This document shows positions 60,231-64,000 of a stretch of 64,000 nucleotides of DNA, one piece after another. This stretch comes from Squalus acanthias (Eukaryota): positions 148,368,001-148,432,000 of the forward strand of contig CM059432.1 of assembly GCA_030390025.1 (NCBI GenBank), given 5' to 3'. The notes beneath the pieces are model-generated. The model saw only the letters and a list, made by a program, of their open reading frames with translations, ran no database searches and had not been told where the DNA came from. The position numbers were made by a program, and so were the translations under genes. Each line of letters starts with the position of its first letter. The stretch's first letter is position 1.

Positions 60231-61834
60231 AACTGCTTTAGGTGAAGTCCTCAGAGAATCTGCGGAATAAATGTTGATAGAGTGTTGGTGAAGTCTTGAC
60301 AAAGTGTCCCGGAATGTCTCCCAATGTGCATCAAAAGTCTTCTTCGAACACAGTGTAGTCAGTCGATCTCAATCAGCATGCGAGCAGTGAAAGCTGAGCA
60401 CGGCTTTAAGTAGCGCTCGCAATCCTCACCAACGACTTCTTTACTCCTGTTCAGCTGGTCGCTGCTAGGGGAGGTTGGTAATTGCAACGCTAGCCAGCAA
60501 AATGGCAAGCACCCTCTTGAATGAACTTAGAAGCCAATTTAATTGGTCATCAGAGGCTTAATCATCCTCGGGGCAACCATTCCTAGCGCGCTTAAACTCT
60601 TTTACCAAGATAGCGTCTAGCACTAATGGCGGGCTAAACAGACATTGCAGCTCAAGACCCCACCTTGGCCACCTCTTTAGCATCTAACAGCGGGGAAAAT
60701 AGCTCCCAGGACGTTTTTGGTAAAATTATCAACGGGACAAATTTTATCCTTTTGTTTCCAAAAATGATACAATCTTGGCAGTAACTAAAGTACTTCATCT
60801 TCTGACGGAACTGATGTCAGAGCAATTATTTATGATGGGTTTTGAAATGTGAAACGATAAAGCAAATTAGATGTATTCAGCGTAATTCCGTTCCGTTAAA
60901 AGGCACTGTCTCTACAAAAAACAGTGAGACAAGTTGTTGACAAATGCACAAGACAATGACATTAATCACTTGGAAATGTAGTTTGATGCTTGTCCATGAT
61001 GTTGTCAGCACAAAAATGACAGTAAATGACAGACAAAAAACTGCCAAACACCAAGATATTGTAAACAAGGTTGAAATGCTTGTTTCCATTCCTCAAAGAA
61101 CTGACTGTGCCTTTTGATCAAAAGATCAAATTGGTCTGTTTCCTATGTGTAGTTAACAGCAGGGTACATTTGATGTGAAGGACAAGTTTGTTCTTTGTAT
61201 AGATTTTGTATGAAAATTGATAATAGCTGTCGGCATACGCACCATTGCATAGATTGAACGGGGGGATTACGTCACCCAGTGCACCTAGTGGGGAGTGAAC
61301 CTTGGAAAATTTTGTAAATGCAGTCCATGATTTTTCTCCAATAACCATGTGGCAGTCTAACACCCAGAGCCAGAATAAATTGTCAGTCCCAGGCACAGGA
61401 ATAATTTTCCAGGTTTGTGCTTCTGGCAGGTAACCTCATCCACTGCAAACACGTATCAGAAATTTGGCCGTGCGCTGTTCATGATGTTCTGACTATTAAT
61501 TCAAATGGACGGAAAACACGCACAGGACATGCCTACATTTCGATACGTGCCTTCATTGGTTTCCTGATTGTCAACTCTTAGTATGTATGAAGGATAGTGA
61601 AAAATATCTGAAAACTATACTTGGACAGAAATTTGGACACCTCCTATGTTAAAAGCTGGAGCTTGAAGGCAGGATGTGAATCCATCCAAAATTCTGGTAC
61701 TCAAGACAAACACTGCAACCTGACTGGCACTTTAAGGTGCACTATGCTGATGCAGATGATGTGGGAATTCAGTTATGTCGAGAGACTAGAGAAGCTGGGA
61801 TTGTTCTAATTTCTGCAACCGTGAGTCTCACATG

Positions 61835-63335
61835 GTGAACTTCAATTATCCTAATACAGACTGGGATAGTAATAATGTAAAGGGCAAAAAGGAGGGGGGG
61901 GGGATTTCCTGAAATGTGTGCAAGAGAACTTTCTTGATAAGTGTGTTTCCAGCCCGATGGGGAAGGAAGCAGTGCTGGATCTACTTCTGGGGAATGAAGT
62001 GGGGCAAGTTTCAGTGGAGGGGCATTTGGGGGAACAGTGATCATAATATCATCAGGTTTTGGATAGTTATGGAAAAGGACAAGGTACAGTCAAGCACAAA
62101 ATATTTAACTGGTGGGGGGCCAACTTCAATGAGTTGAAAAGGGATCTGGGCCAAGTGAATTGGAATCAAAAATTGATTGGCAAAACAGTAATTGAACATT
62201 GAGAGGCCTTCAAAGAGGTAATGGTTTGGATACAGAGTAGACACATTATCAGGGTAAAGGAAGGGCATCCAAAGCCAGAGCTCCCTGGATGACTAAAAAT
62301 ATAGAGGTTAATATGAGCCAGAAGAAGGAGGTTTATGACAATTGAAAGGTTCATAATACAGTAGAGAACCAAGCTGAATATAGAAAGTAAATAGAAGATA
62401 TAAAAAAGGGAATAAGAGAGGCGAAGAGAGTGTATGAAAATAGATTAGCGGCTAACATAAAAGGGAACCCAAAAGTCTTTTTATAAACACATAAATAGTA
62501 AAAGCATAGTCAATAGAAGGGTGGGGCCGATAAGGGACCAAAAAGGACATTTTCTTGTGGAGGCAGAGGGTATGGCTGAGATACTAAATAAGTACTTTGC
62601 ATTTGTCTTCACTAGAGAAGAGGATGCTGCCAATGTAGCTGTAAAGGAGGAGGCAGTAGTGATATTGGATAGGACAAAAATAGACAAAGAGGAGGTACTT
62701 AAAAGGTTGTCAGTCCTCAAAGTAGAAAAGTCACCTGGTCTGGATGGGATGCATCATAGATTACTGAGGGAAGGGAGAAACTTTTAGGGACAATAATCCG
62801 GGACAAAATTAACTGTCATTTAGCAAAGTATGGGCTAATAAATGAACGTCAGCACGGATTTGTTAAAGGCAAATTGTGTTTGACTAACTTGATCGAGTTC
62901 TTTGATGAAGTATTGGAGAGGTTTGATGAGGGCAGTGCGATTGATGTTGCGTATATGGACTTTCAAAAGGCGTTTGACAAAGTATCACATAATAGACTTG
63001 TTAGCAAAATTAAAGATCATGGGATTAAAGGGACAGTGACAGCATAGATACAAAACTGGCTAAGGGACAGAAAGCAGAGAGTAGTGGTGAACGGTTGTTT
63101 TTCAGACTGGAGGAAGATATACAGTGGTATCCCCCAGGGGTCAGTATTAGGACCACTGCTCTTTTTGATGCATATTAATGACTAGACTTGGGTATACAGG
63201 GAATAATTTCAAAGTTTGCAGATGATACGGAACATGGAAACAATGAGGCGGATAATAACAGACTTCAGGAGGACATAGACAGACTGGTGAAATGGGCAGA
63301 CACGTGGCAGATGAAATTTAATGCAGAGAAGTGTG
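61835..63335 (+). mobile_element. Degenerate CR1 ORF2 fragment
   Basis: GNSDHNII, MAEILNKYFAFVFT and KSPGLDGMH; DNA for YMDFQKAFDKV and KFADDT with stops and frameshifts. Confidence 0.9.
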
Positions 63336-63971
63336 AAACATAGAAACATAGAAAAATAGGAGCAGGAGTAGGCCATTCGGTCCTTCGAGCCTGCTCCGCC
63401 ATTCAATATGATCATGGCTGATCCTCTATCTCAATACCATATTCCCGCTCTCTCCCCATACCCCTTGATGCCTTTTGTGTCTAGAAATCTATCTATCTCC
63501 TTCTTAAATATATTCAGTGACTTGGCCTCCATAACCTTCTGTGGTAGAGAATTCCACAGGTTCACCACCCTCTGAGTGAAGAAATTTCTCCTCATCTCAG
63601 TCCTAAATGTCCTACCCTGTATCCTGAGACTGTGACCCCTCATTCTAGACCCCCCAGCCAGGGGAAACATCCTCCCTGCATCCAGTCTGTCTAGCCCTGT
63701 CAGAATTTTATACGTTTCAATGAGATCCCCTCTCATTCTTCTAAACTCTAGTGAATACAGGCCTAGTCGACCCAATCTCTCCTCATACGACAGTCCTGCC
63801 ATTCCAGGAATCAGTCTGGTGAACCTTCGCTGCACTCCCTCTATGGCAAGTATATCCTTTCTTAGGTAAGGAGACCAAAACTGCATACAGTACTCCAGGT
63901 GTGGTCTCACCAAGGCCCTGTACAACTGTAGTAAGACATCCTTGCTCCTGTACTCAAATCCTCTCGCAATG
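63336..63971 (-). mobile_element. CR1 3' fragment, young subfamily
   Basis: ORF 63431-63988 is an uninterrupted CR1 ORF2 C-terminus. TTTCTATG tail. Confidence 0.93.
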
Positions 63972-64000
63972 AATGTGAGAAGTCGCACAACACCATGTTA

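Noticed and set aside
51013..64000. Next upstream ITGA9 exon
   Set aside because: I found no convincing match by eye. It probably lies beyond the window, though tBLASTn would be needed to exclude a missed exon.

Overview
This is eukaryotic vertebrate DNA, most likely from a cartilaginous fish (inferred from its CR1, L2, Deu-type SINE and Penelope repeats), not a prokaryotic window. The only host gene is the 3' part of integrin alpha-9 (ITGA9) on the minus strand. Its last five coding exons (51012-50887, 47468-47349, 46182-46081, 29086-28967, 5114-5016) all have GT-AG, phase-0 junctions and splice into the calf-2 end, the transmembrane helix and the GFFRR...WDW cytoplasmic tail. Upstream exons appear to lie beyond the right edge. 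The introns are packed with nested transposon relics: many CR1 LINE fragments (one apparently young subfamily), L2 LINEs, a third LINE family, Deu-domain and other tRNA-derived SINEs, two solo LTRs with target-site duplications (TSDs), Penelope-like elements carrying minimal hammerhead ribozyme motifs in the sense of the host pre-mRNA, and a diverse set of PIF/Harbinger elements with 3-bp NWN TSDs. I found no CRISPR array, rRNA or intact tRNA gene, and I cannot support a wholly new biological system. The best leads are the intronic hammerheads, the Harbinger diversity, and inverted young CR1 copies around the in-frame transmembrane exon. Repeat boundaries were read by eye and are approximate unless a TSD or splice site is quoted.
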